Source: Selaginella moellendorffii (taxonomy: Eukaryota > Plantae > Lycopodiophyta). Taken from it: DNA of 64,000 nucleotides. The stretch's first letter is position 1. Each line of letters begins with the position of its first letter. The position numbers and the translations under genes were made by a program. The stretch spans positions 124,001-188,000 of the forward strand of contig NW_003314375.1 in the NCBI RefSeq assembly GCF_000143415.4. The letters are read 5' to 3'. The notes beneath the pieces were generated by a model, which was given only the letters and a program-made list of their open reading frames with translations, searched no databases and was not told where the DNA came from. Of this stretch, positions 1 through 12,279 are shown one piece after another.

Positions 1-1281
1 TGGTCCTCGTGCCGTCGAGGCTGCAGATTACTGATACTCCACATCGTATCCATGACAACTGCAAAGTATTTCTTGTGTGTGAAGAAAGCTCTCGCCACTC
101 GCCTCATCTGGTAAAACGGCGATTGTGCCATACCGAAGGTGCTTTCCCCATTCGGTAAGAGACCGCGACCTTCATCAAAAACAAAAAGCACCTGCACCTC
201 CCCCTCTTCCGGCAGTACATCCTTCAAGTTGTCAAACTCTTGTTGGAGTAGTTTCTCGTTCCTGTCATCCGGTGACTCACTAATTTTCTCTACAGCTGTG
301 CTGTTGATCAATTCAAGCCATTTCTTGTGCACGGCCTTCGCAATCCTGGACGAATCCATCTGTGAATCCATCCACTGCACTGAGCTCATCTTCGCACCCT
401 TCGCCATCTCATGGAGGACAAAAAGCCACGCTTTGAAGTATAGCGCCATCTCCAACTCGCTGTTCGTTCGGCTGAGCTGGTTGGCAAGCTCCCCAGTTCG
501 AGGAGGACAGGCGGTACTGTTTGCTGCCGCCGTGCTGCAATAGCAAATATACACTCCCAGGCGCGACATCTGCATCACCCCGCGTGTTTTCCCCGTGCCA
601 GAACCCTGTACTATGGAGGTATAGCAGCTGTAGTGCTCGTCTACACAATAGCCAGTGCTATAAGCCACAATAACAGAAGAATTCAAGACTTACTCTTTGA
701 GCATTCCTTCCTCAACTTACACAGCTCCTTGTACAATATCTTATGAGCCCCCCCAATGTAATCCCTCCGTAACGATTTCATCGCCACTTCCATATTACTC
801 TCGTGCCACAAACGATCACGATCAGGCCCAGTGTTCTCTGCACAGGCACAAGCAAAAGAATACTCGAGCAGCAGACAAAAACACAGAACTTTCACCTATC
901 GGCTTCTCCATGAGGAGCCTTTCACATTGACTCAGCCACTCGTACGAAACATACTCCAACCTCTCCTTTATCCACTGTAGCAGCTTGGGGTCTCGTGTTT
1001 CTTTCTTTGCCACTAGGTGGCTTATCGTGCTGGCGCGAGCCGTTACTGCACAGGAAATGCAAAAAGAACAGTAGCCTAAAGAAACAGCGAAAGAACTTAC
1101 AGTTGAACAGCTTATATATCCGGCATGCGAGATGAGGATTTCCTGGAAACAAGGGCAAAACCTCATCTACATCGGCCGTCCACAACCTGGAGGCCGAATA
1201 GCCTTGCCGCTGAAGGGGCTCATAGTCAGGCCCGCAAAGATCCCGCAAGCGCTCCTCGCCGTCATCGCAGACGCTCTCCAT
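1..1281 (-). CDS. Crinkler/RHS-like (fungal/oomycete-type) P-loop NTPase, multi-exon, runs off the window start
   Basis: Manual translation of the minus-strand frame 657->1 is stop-free: HYSCYTSIVQGSGTGKTRGVMQMSRLGVYICYC...ACPPRT (Walker A), VLFVFDEGRGLL (Walker B), FYQMRRVARAF, FAVVMDTMWSISNLQP. Upstream exons are pieces of ORFs 922..1281, 822..1166 and 683..895, joined by short GT-AG introns. Confidence 0.75.
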
Positions 1282-2078
1282 TAAACCCTAGAACTTACCC
1301 TCACACACCTTTTTCCCACCACCCAATCTTATGGGGTCTGTCAAAATATAGTAATTTCAATTTACTCGTTTCATCATTAAAATTTTCGTCACATCTAGTA
1401 TCAGCTTTCCTCTGAGTCCACATGGCCCTGCACAACATGAAACGCGATGTAAAGTTGAAGCCCAACCAAAAGAGTAAGAAGAAAGAAAGAGGAGTTACAT
1501 TTTGGTAAAAGGTCACAATATGTACTGCTCGAAGTAGACTATTGTTGCTGTGCTGTTTCAGCATTTTGCATTGCTCGCAGCCTCCGGCACTGGCATAAGT
1601 TGTGAATTGTACCACTTCTGCAATTGCCAAAGCAGTGAAGTATATACTTCTAAGTGGCTTTCTACATCTTGTGTTTTGCTTGGCATCTGGATCTCGAGTA
1701 ATGGGAATCACTGCAAGCGCCATTTAAGGATTCTGAAGCTTCTAATGTAGCAAGTATGTACAATAACAAAAACATCAGGTCAACATGCGGCAATGGCAGA
1801 AGAATGTTTTCTGATTTTGCATGACATTTCTTCATCCTTGGATTTTTTCCCCTATTAGTTTGCTGTTCTTCTTGTAATAGGACAAGCATTGTGAGGATTA
1901 GCAAAGCAAAACTTTCAATACTAGTAGCATTTAAATTCTTGCTGCTTCCTGGACTGTAGTAAAGATTGATTCTTATCTATCCAACAATTTATTCTAAGTG
2001 CTAATGGATGCACTAAAAAGTTATAGTGAATGAATGTTACAACTTTTTCAAAACTTTAATGAGCAAACTCTCAAAGAA

Positions 2079-2903
2079 CTAAGGTACCATCACTAATTTA
2101 ACATAATGGATCACCTTCAAGAACCCAGACAACAAATAAGCTCCCTCCATTCCAATTGGTGTATAGTTTGAAAGCAATTCTCCCCATGCAACTTTGTTTA
2201 CCTTCCTACCATATCTCCTTTTAGGAAGCAGATCCTGGGACATCACAGGATCTTCACACCAATTGCACAGATCAGCTGGATGGGGATCTAGATATTGCAG
2301 CCGTTTGTATTCAGATTCATTAATGTCACACTGCTTTGATGCATGCGAAGCAATGAGGTGAAAACTTCCTCCCATGTGATGTTGTTTGGCACCTTAATGC
2401 TTTGCACCATAGAGTGAAGTTTCAACCTCCCTGTATCAAGTCTTTGGGAGCACAGGGACAAACTCCTACTTGCTTGCATGTCTCCCCAATGGAAAGGTAG
2501 TAGTTGGCTCCACTCTGAGGTCACTGGATTTCACCAATGGAGCCCATGCAAGGGTTGGATCGCCCTGAGGATGTGTTTCAGCTGGGGGTAGGCTGCATAC
2601 CAAGCCCCGAGTTTTCATTGCCTCCATCGGTTATTGAAGTTGTTGCATCTGCAGGTAATGGTGGGTTGGCCATGATGGACTCAAGGCGAAAAAGTGGTGG
2701 GTTTCGCAGACAGACCTAGTCAAAACCCACAAGGTTTCCTTCTCACCACTGTTTTGACACCAGCGGAGGCGAAATGTTGGATTGCTGATGATGGACTTCC
2801 ATGACTTCTGAACAACAGAGCACCCACAAAGTGTGGCCAAGTCCACAAAACTGAGAACTGTCTCCAGAATGTCATCTTCATCACCAAGACCTGCCTGCAT
2901 TGT
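2079..2903 (-). pseudogene. F-box protein, frameshifted
   Basis: F-box motif DDILETVLSFVDLATLCGCSVVQKSWKSIISNPTF; a downstream NPVTSEWSQLLP motif typical of F-box-associated domains lies in another frame, with stops in between. Confidence 0.6.
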
Positions 2904-3446
2904 CAAAAGAGGGCCTAAAGGAGTCGACAATGGAGAAAGATTGAACCCTTGCGTAAAGAACGGAGCAATAATTTTTCTCTTTCTCGCGTTAGCATTCATT
3001 TGGTGTGGGCGGCAGTCGTAAGGCACTGCGGCCAGGTTGATCGGGGTGCGTGTCCAACGGTCGAGGAGCTCTGCCCGTAAGCAGCTTGTTTGAGTGTGGA
3101 GGTTGTACATTTGAGGTGGGAGCTGACTCGCGCTCCACCGTGAGAAATGCGCTACTAATATATAGCGAGAGCTGGAAGACGCAGAGAGATTCCTTCACAA
3201 CGGCTTAGAACTCGGTGTTTGCCTGGTATGGAGGGGTCACAGCCAACAACAAGACGCTTGGAACCGCAAGAAGCTCCTGTTTTAGCAGACCGGTCTTGCA
3301 CTAGACCAAATACCCACTAACTTCATGGGAAAAATCTCCACTTTTGCCGTGGTTTTTCACTCATGGTACCTTCACAATGCTGCATCATCAACATGAAAGC
3401 AAAGAAATGCTCTTCCAAATCGGCATCAATGCTCATGGCAATACAA

Positions 3447-4713
3447 CTATGTGAGGAAGATTTGACAACCCTCCACGTTGAAATAATTAACATCAATCAC
3501 AGTTCTCCCAAAATCGCCTGAAACAAAAATAAAGAGACACAGTGCTATCAGCTAGGAACGCAAACACACTTACTCTTGTAGATGGTTCTGACCACATCAA
3601 CCCATTCCGAAACGAGCTCCTTAAACACAACGCCACCAGGGTTGGCATCCAAGATGAAGAGCGCACCTGCAACGAGTTCAAGCAAATTTTGATCAATGTT
3701 AGTATATTTGCAGTCCAAGAGTTACCTGGTGCGAGCCATTTAGTCGAGCATTTGTGGCTGGTACACGATGGCATTGGTACGAGTCAGATAATGTTTCTTA
3801 AGTTCATGCTGCTGTGTAAGGAACGAATGATCCTGTCAAATGCTGTAAGGCGCTGCATTGAGGCATTCGCTTACCCGTTTGGCAATAGCCGAGGTTCAAG
3901 GCAAAGCTGTTCTTGTCATACTCGGGGTACTCTCGACAATGAAACCTGCAAAGTTACAAACATTCAGTCATGGTGACTAGCGTTTGAGCAGGCAAGCTTA
4001 CAGAATACCGAGCCTTCCAGTGCCGTAAGCGGTAAACATGTGGCCATGGAAAAGATCGTAGCGGTTTACAGAAACGTTAAAACCTGCCAAGGGAGCTAGA
4101 GCAACAATTGCTTCAAATAAGAATGCCATGTACGAGTTGATTTCCTGCAAGCCACACATAGTTAAGAGCGCGCTGTATCTTCAACGAACCTGATCAACAA
4201 AACGCTTGGCACAATCGTGCTTGGTAAGCAGGCACTTGCTAGCGTTCGAATTCTCAACATTGGGGACCTGGCAAAAATTTCAGCTGAAGTTTCGAAGGGA
4301 AAATACCAACTTCTACCTTGTGAAGTGCCAAATCCAGCTCCGCTAGTATAGCGTCAGGCTCCCCAGCCCATTCCACGGATTTCCTGGCTAAGTTCGCAAC
4401 AGAAGCCGGAGGTTCCCTTATCAACCTCCACATTGGAATCTGGCTTTTCTACTCGAGAAACTCCCATGGACTGGTATGACGAGCTTCTCAGTGTTGGTGG
4501 AACTAGAAAGCGAATGGACAACAGAAGCTCCTGAGCTTGAGATTCTGTCACCTCACTTCCACCCAGTAATGCTAACATCTCCTGCGCAGCGTCGGAGCAA
4601 TAGTATCTTCGTCGTCGTTTGAAGGACCCGGTGGAGGCAAGGCAGCCCAAGTAGCGCATTGACATTTGGAGCATCCAGAATTCGGTAGCTAGAGCTTGTT
4701 CTTGGCCTTCCAT
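3447..4713 (-). CDS. Conserved plant protein of unknown function (RYDLFHGH / LGILFH / MNLRNI motifs); possible frameshift in the first exon
   Basis: Spliced manual translation: PPASVANLARKSVEWAGEPDAILAELD...EINSYMAFLFEAIVALAPLAGFNVSVNRYDLFHGHMF...GRLGILFHCREYPEYDKNSFALNLGYCQTG...MNLRNII...DANPGGVVFKEL...DFGRTVIDVNYF; stop at 3447-3449. The 5' ORF 4354..4713 is in a different frame from the PPASV block. Confidence 0.6.
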
Positions 4714-5439
4714 AGCTGGCTATGGCAAACTGCTGGTGACCAAGCATAGTGTGGCGAGAGCAAGGCAACTACCACCACGTACAGCATATGAATACCTCTC
4801 ATCCTTTTGAGCATTCTCCTTCTCCTCTAGCCTGCGTGCCAAGAAGTTTTTCAAAAAACAAAAGTAATGTTTGCTGCTTTTTACTTGTTTATAACTTTGA
4901 GCTTGTTGCACTATAAAATAAAGGTCTAATACATATTTAAAATCCTCTACAATCCTTAGCTCCTTATATACAATTTATATGTAAAACAATATTACATGGA
5001 ATTTAACAAAATTTCAGCATACCGATACCTCATTAACTAGAACAATATAGAGCTTGAGCTTAAACCCAAACTTAGACACTAAACAAAGAGCTATATAGCC
5101 CAATAAGAGTTAACTTAATATCTTATGTGGTTGACTATGATTCCAACCACTACCTCTACAATACATTTAAAACCAGAATAAAGGATAGTCAAGATCCTTT
5201 AAATTGTCAAAGAACACTCAAAAAGCTAATTCACTATAAATATGAGTGTTATATCTATCAACCATAAACACATCATAGATTACCAAGCTCTTTTTCATAG
5301 ATAAACCAAGTTTTTTTTTACCACATTAGTTCTCAAAAAGTTGTATGTAATATTTGGATTAAAAACAATCCTAACATCATTACATTGAATGTTCTTTTTG
5401 GCCTTCACAAATTAATTGCACATAGAATTATTAAGTTCT

Positions 5440-6238
5440 ATAAAGTTGCTATCTAAACTCTTCATAAAAAGAAAAGTCATTTAACCAAGTACTATTCAAA
5501 CCCAAGGAGATATAATCGAAAGTATCCCAAGACTCGTAATTGATTAGAAAAGTTGTACACTTTTATTCATGAGCCCTTTCCTATATTTGAACTTTATAAA
5601 TTATTTTTTGACTTAGTTATTTATAATTTATCACACTTCTTTGCAAGTTCACCCTTTTGTAAGTGAAAGCTGAAAGCCACAACTCCTAAAAGCCTCAACA
5701 CCCTACCTCTTAAATTAATGGGACTAATATAAAAATTGGGTGTGTTACCCTCTTATCAAGTTACTTTACTTGATACTTTTATGTCTCATTTGGACCTAGT
5801 TTTGAAGTAGAAGTGATCATGATCATTGCCTTCGAATCATGTTGATATCCAAATCTCCCCCCTGGGGGGTGAGTGGCTTTCATTGTTGACCACTTTATTC
5901 CTCCACTCCTTTAGTTGATTAGATTTCACCTATTCTTTTAGAATGGCATCCTACTTTTTAGGTAGAGCCTAGTTAGACTAAATTGGATTACCAAATGTCA
6001 ATCTTAATAAATGTTGTGATATTAATAGAGTTAAACTCTAATACCAAATGTAAACTCTTAAATTTAAATTTTTCAGCAAGACACTTAACCACCAAGTAAT
6101 CCAAAACCCTTAACCAATTGGAAAAACAGGTGCACCTTTATAAATAGTCTTTTGAGTCTTTCTCTTTAATTACTTATATAGATATAACTAGTAGAGAGTT
6201 AAATAATGCCTTAAATTTGTTAGCCATGCCTAACTTAC
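5440..6238 (-). mobile_element. Degenerate Cassandra-like TRIM (two LTR remnants, tRNA-Met PBS)
   Basis: LTR remnants at ~5440-5634 and 6049-6238 resemble the solo LTR at 35260-35454. A PBS-like TGGTATTAGAGT (reverse complement at 6035-6046) abuts the LTR end. Confidence 0.6.
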
Positions 6239-6280
6239 ACACTATCCCTTCTATACTATTGGAATTAAGTTGAACATGCA

Positions 6281-6606
6281 CACAACTTTTTTCCTCCACA
6301 TTCTCTTCTCGTCACAATTTGGGCCAATCTGACTGACTCTTTTGTCTTTCTTTCTGGATAGCTTGCATATAGCGAATTCATGCACAGGCTCAATTGCCAG
6401 GAAGTGGAGCTCAATCGCAAGCTACTGGCAAACATGGCGATCTTGGATCCAGATTCTTTCAAGAGCCTGGCAGACTCGGTCTCCTCTCTTCCTCCGCTTA
6501 AGGTAAGTCTACTTATCCCTTTCTTTCTTGTCTTTTGACGATCCATCTTGTTGCTCGCAGTCCTCAATGATATGAACTATATTCTTTTGCCTCGTAATGA
6601 TCTCTA
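6281..6606 (+). pseudogene. Duplicated 3' fragment of the RPL20 gene (intron end, exon 2, 3' region)
   Basis: Near-identical to ~15248-15579; lacks exon 1. Confidence 0.9.
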
Positions 6607-8424
6607 TCTTAATCCATCAGACGTTGTCCTGACACTTACTTCTGGAGGGTGCAATGCTCTGGATTTAGTCCTTCAAGTAAGTAGTTTCTCTTCCCTCTGA
6701 AGTTTATAATCTCAACACCACCACATTTTGTCAGGGTGCGAAACAAGTGGTTGCTGTTGATATGAATCCTGCTCAAAGCTACCTTCTTGAACTTAAGCGT
6801 CTGGCAACAACGAGGTAAAGTCTCTTGAAAATTCTTTGATTTCCTCACATGTGAACTGTGCAGGCTTTCTTTTGAGGATGCCTGGAAAATGTTTGGAGAG
6901 GGCGTCCATCCAACCTTCGAAAGTTTGCTGGAAAGAGAACTCGTTTCCTTTCTTAGCCAGGGGGCTGTGAATTTCTGGTAAGTAGCAAATTTTCTTATAT
7001 CTCCGTGTGAAGAGCTGTGTTTATTTATTCCAGGAGAAAAAAAGCCAGGTACTTCAAGGATGGATTGTACTACCACGGTAACATGGAACTTACTCTATGA
7101 TATGATGCCTCTAACCTACAAAGTTATGCAGGTGGTATGGGTTGACTCATTCGAGCAGTGAGGGCGCTTGCAAGGCTTACACGAAAGGTTCTTCCAGCCA
7201 AAATTTTGAGCAAGGTTATCTGAATCTGTTGTTTTTCTTCACAGGAGCGCTTCATCGAGTCTCTTGTTATGCCCACGCTACAACAACAAAGAGAGCTCTG
7301 GTATAATGCATCCGCATACACCAAAAGTAACTGTCTCACTTTGATTGCCTGAGCAGGTTCGCTTGTGTAGGAAACTGGCTATCACAAGCTGGGATTTTTG
7401 CGAAGATGGTATCTTTCTTCGTAACCAACAGATTCACGATGTGGTTTTGTGCTGGAGTGTGCAAAGGCCAGCTTCGTCTGCTACGCAAGGAGGGCAACTT
7501 ATACAAGTAAGACATCTTTCTCAGCCGTGATTCTCATTGAACCACTTGTCCTTTGTTTTCACAGCTACATTGTCCGCTGTCTAAATTCAACAGCTGCGTA
7601 TTCACATCTCCGGGACAGCAACTACTTTTACCGCTGCTGCCTGACTGGGAAGTTTTCATCCAACTGCTGTCCTCGTTTCCTGGAAAAGGAAAACTTCCAC
7701 AAACTCAAGGTACTACACACGAACGACTTGCCATGAATTTCAAGACTTCTGTGCTGTGTTGCAGACAAGGCTTGCTGCGGAACCAGGAGCATGTATATTT
7801 GATTTGGAGTTCGTTTCTGTACATCATAAAGCATCTCTAGCACCGGCATAATCTGTTGTGTATACTGTGCATTAGAACGAAGAAAAGACGCCACAAAGCC
7901 AAGGCGTACGTGTGGAGGAGCTTTCGAAGCGAATGCACACCAAGGTACGTACCTGGAACTTCTTGTTTGGTGAAATGCTGTGTATTGCTTGGTGCTCGGG
8001 TGATTTTGATGGACCACTGGCTAGAACAAAGCGACGTCGATGTCCTCTGCAAAGCGCTGCAAGCACATGTAATTGTAAGTAGTTGCGAATTTCCACACTC
8101 TCGATCCCCTCACACTCGTGATTTCTACTTGGTTTTTAGCCTGGAGGCCGCGTGATCTGGCGCAGTGCGTCGCGATCTCCAAGCTACGCCAATTGCATCG
8201 AGAAATCTGGATTCAAAGGTTCGAAGTTCTTTCCTTTTTGGAACTGTTTTTGGAAGCTAAGAACCAACTGTTTCTGCGCAGTGATCCAAGTAGCAACGAG
8301 CAAGGCTTCCATGGACAGGGTAAACATGTACGCGAGCTTCTTCGTGGCTGTTCGCGTGGGTGGATTGGCATCCATCAAAATTCCAATCCATCCATCATCG
8401 AGGCTCCACGAAGCTGGGTCCTAA
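6607..8424 (+). pseudogene. BTA1: Betaine lipid (DGTS) synthase BTA1, BtaA-like domain, 5'-truncated
   Basis: Exons encode NPSDVVLTLTSGGCNALDL, VVAVDMNPAQSYLLELK, WKMFGEGVHP, YFKDGLYYHGGMG, NYFYRCCLTGKF, VILMDH, GGRVIWRSAS, DRVNMYASF. In-frame TGA at 7143-7145; begins mid-exon at the junction with the RPL20 copy. Confidence 0.8.
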
Positions 8425-8682
8425 AGAACCCGAGTCGCCGGACTCGGTGCTACCAGCGCCATTGTGGATCGAGATTTGATCGATCATTCCTTCCTCTTCT
8501 CCATCGATTCTTTATATATAATTGGAACATAACCAGTGTTAATATTTGGCCCAAACCATATAAATTGACTATCCATGATGGGATCTGCACAGCAAACTCC
8601 CGAAGCAGAGGTTATGTAGAATTTGCTGCATCGCATTAAACATGCTGTTTGAGCATATAAAAAACAAATGGTGGTGATACTC

Positions 8683-8832
8683 CTTTCATGGCAAAAAACC
8701 ACAGGACTAGGACTGCTTTCCACGATCAATTCTTGTGGTGGTCTGTTTTGCCACCTTTGCAGGACTAATTCAGGTGGAAGCTGATTGGACTAAAATAATA
8801 TGGACCCCCTACCAGGTATTTTGCCATGAAAG
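8683..8832. repeat. Short element bounded by inverted repeats (possible MITE)
   Basis: ctttcatggcaaaaaacc (8683-8700) versus ggtattttgccatgaaag (8815-8832), 17/18 inverted match; no clear TSD. Confidence 0.35.
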
Positions 8833-9679
8833 CCAGGAGTGCTGAGCAGCACTAGACCTGGCAGCAACAACAAGAATAAGAAGTATAGAATTAAAAGTAT
8901 AGAAGAATAAGTAAGAATATTGGCTGAATTAGCCTTCTCAACATCAATCTTTAATCAATCTTTAAGACTTAGATGATGGATTAATCCACAATATCACTAG
9001 AATGTAAATATGTTTTAAACTTGCTTCCATGGAAGGTTAGATAAATTTTTGAACTAACTGACAAGTCCAAAATGCAAACAAAATCCCCAACACTGTGAAA
9101 TTGTCCAAGGCCTGTAATATTGTGAAGACAATGTAGCACCATCACCTCTTTTCAAAGACCATTTTGCATTTAATAGCTTAAGGAAAACTTTATCATCAAC
9201 TTTGTACTTGATGATGCTCATTAGCCAATCTCTTACCTTGTTTTTGAGTTTATTTTGTGTTTAACTTTGTCAACTCAAACTTGTTTTGTATATCCTCCAA
9301 GAAATCACAAATATAAGGCACCCAAATCAAAGCTAAACTCAAACTCATGAGCTCATAGATGATTAATGAGCATTATTATGAGCAAATTTAAAGTGTGTTT
9401 ACACTCTGGTAATGTCATGTCATAATGGAGCTATGATTTGGCTTCACCTAATTGCTTTCCAGCCTCCACCTATCCTATGTATCTGGCATTGCAATTGAAA
9501 GTGAAACCAGAAGTCTCTTCGTCTCAGCACCAAGGAAACAAAAGTTGGGTTCAAAACCATAAATTGTTATTGTGCGCTGTCTTCTTGCCAAAGCTTCGTC
9601 ATCCTGCCAGTAAGACTTATGCAGCTCATCCTTTCTTTGTTGGCACTAGCTCTTTGGTTCTTGGACACTGATGAGGACT

Positions 9680-10170
9680 GTCACCACTTTGATTTGGATT
9701 GCTATGACTTGCATGTTAATGTTGGCTTTGTACATGATTACAACGCGGCTGCTCAACTCCCCGTGCTTAACCAGCATTTAAACTGTTAATAGTTACCGCA
9801 GCGGATTCATTCAGGCCGCTGCATGCCTCGTCAACCTGTGCCTCCTCCCAGCCCAGCAATCGTCCGATATAATCCCGGAGAGGAATGCGGCGTAGGTAGT
9901 AGTCACCCTTGTACAGGCTTGCAGGAGGACGAGCTTCACTATGAATTCCCCCTAGCATCCACATAGGCATTGTAGCAGCCCTTCAGGAACAGCCCTAGAG
10001 CAACTTCTAGAGGCTCGGCCGCTTCACTCACAACGGGCTCCACGGGCTGTGCACTCCCGTATGATCAAGGGAGATGAACATTAAGAACACTCGTCTGAGA
10101 AGCGACAAGGAGTGGCTTAGAACACTCCGCGGGCATATCTCCAGGCCCGCTGATGCAAGTGATAATACTC
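9680..10170 (-). pseudogene. Relic of the C-terminal part of a Crinkler/RHS-like NTPase-REase protein
   Basis: Frameshifted pieces LVASQTSVLMFISLD, QPVEPVVSEAAE, GEFIVKLVLLQAC and VIAIQIK resemble the EPxLAEAA, GELVARLLLL and IxIQxK motifs that follow the NTPase in this family. Confidence 0.5.
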
Positions 10171-10177
10171 TGGATGG

Positions 10178-10340
10178 GTACGTACCTTGAACATCTTGTT
10201 TGGTTTAGTCTTTGAAATGCTGTGTATTGCTTGGTGCTCAGGTGATTTTGATAGACCACGTCGATCTCCTTTGCAAAGCACTCCACGTAAGTAGCTGCGA
10301 ATTTGTACACTCTCGAGTCTCGAACACCCTCACACTCACA
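10178..10340 (+). pseudogene. Second short BTA1 fragment
   Basis: Direct similarity to ~7943-8115 (ggtacgtacc...gtgattttgat.gaccac...gtagtt/ctgcgaattt). Confidence 0.7.
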
Positions 10341-11372
10341 TGGGCCATTTTTTAGCAAAACTACTTATGCTAAGACGAATTTTCGAGACGAGAATTGCAG
10401 TTGCAGAATTTTCGAGTTAGTTTCGGGCGCGGTGGCAGGGCAGCGGGGCGGCGGTGGCGGTGGCGGTGGCGGCAGAGCGGCGGGCCAGTGTGGTGCTGGG
10501 TGGGCGGTGGCAGCACGAGCATCCACATTGATGAAACGTTCTCGCGCAAACGAATGAATGGAAAAATATCTCGAAGCTTACCATTGAGTTGACACTTGAC
10601 GAGAGTGAAGCCTCTTGAATGGCTTCACCTCCTTTGGACAATGTAAGTGGATCCTGCCCGCCTGCTCGCTTAGCTCCATCCCAGTGACACGGCGGCCCGG
10701 TGTGGTCATCAAGCTGAGGAAAAACCATAGTTTTGATAAACAAACAAAACTAGAGTTCCAAATCCCATCGCGGCCAGAGCACTGAAAAAACAAACACCAA
10801 GTGTAAAGAGCTTGCATATCTCAAGAGAAAACGTAACAGTGATACTTACAGTGAGCCAGCGTAAGAGAAGGAACTTCCAGGGAGAGAAGTCATGCTAAGT
10901 CGTGCATACTCTTGGATTACATAAACCTTGAATAAACGAGTTAAGAATGAACATGCAAGAAACACTATACAAAATTACTTACTGGAAGTGCCGTGACCAG
11001 GAGCCTTGAATAATAGCGCAGCTGCTTGACAACCTCCTCTTTATTCTTACCTGGAAGGAGTCTAACAGTACTTGTCAGGGTATTGTCAAAACTCCTTCCA
11101 AGGTAAATGCCACACTCGTCCCCTGGAAAACATACACACTTTAGTTTGGATGATCAGAGAATCATAGCATACCTCAATATAATTCTTGTAGTTGCATTTT
11201 CTGTCTGGGTTCGTTATAGGAACGTGAGGATTGTGAATGCATAGCTCGTTATCAATCACATGTACTTGTGTCTTCCAACCTGTTTGAACCAGAAGTTTGC
11301 TAGTGAGTACATATAGCGCAGAAGCTTACAGGAAGTTCGTGTTCTAACGTCCAATGGCCATCTCTCGGTCAA

Positions 11373-11460
11373 TCATCTAGTGGACCTGCAGCTCACATCC
11401 ACTATGACACCTCCAAAAGCTGGTTGAAGATACTCCAAAGCCATTTTAAGCTGAAACACA
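11373..11460 (-). pseudogene. Fragment resembling a plastid class I SAM methyltransferase exon
   Basis: LKMALEYLQPAFGGVIVDVSCRS* resembles the MAxEYFxxAxGGLLVDVSCGSG motif I region; stop follows immediately. Confidence 0.35.
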
Positions 11461-12279
11461 TTAGCAGTCCAAATATGAGAAAGTTCATTTGCAAAGGAGG
11501 AGGAGCCGGAGGAAGCTGAACTGGAAAGAACAAGATCAAGACATGAACAGGAAAAAGAGACGAAAGGCTCACCTTGCAAAGAACATTTCCCAGTATCTGA
11601 TCGATCCGGAGGACTTCCTTGAGATCGACACGGCCAGTGGGATCGCTCTCGTGTTCATTCTCATCGTCTACATCAGAGCATAGTCAGGGACAGGGACGAA
11701 AGACGAAAAGCAACAAACAACAGACCATCCTTTGGGAGAAGGCAGTGGAGACGTGATGCACAGCTCGGGCCTAGAGATCAAACGGGCGGACCATCAGAAG
11801 CAGCAGAAGAAAAGGCCTTGCAACTTACCACTCTGCTGCAAACAACGCTGTAGAGCAGCGTGGTTGATAGATATGGCTGTCGAGGATATAGTAGGCCACT
11901 CTCGCACTTTTGCTTGCGGAGGACAAAGAGATTGGGCTCCTGGGCTTCGAGCAGCACGTACTCCACTCCAGTCATCTTCCTGCCACAGCACAAAACGAAG
12001 AGAAATCTCTTGCGAAGGAAGAACAAGGAGCTTGATTCTTACAAGAGCTGGGTCATGTCGAGGGGATGGACAGAGCGCATTCGCAGCTGCTCATTGGAGC
12101 AAGAGCGATCATAGAAGGGCGAGAGGACGAAGTAATCGAAGACTAGGAACTCTGATAGTCATGGACGATCCAATCACAGAGACTCCCTGCAACGATTCCA
12201 GACGCAAACAGGGCATGTACTTGGTGGAGTGACTTTCATTTGCTCGTCTTCTACTCGGCGTTTCTTGAGACTCCCAGCT

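Noticed and set aside
139-543. Plus-strand 134-aa ORF and similar antisense ORFs over PDR, UGT, DOMON and PPR genes
   Set aside because: Shadow frames of real genes on the opposite strand.
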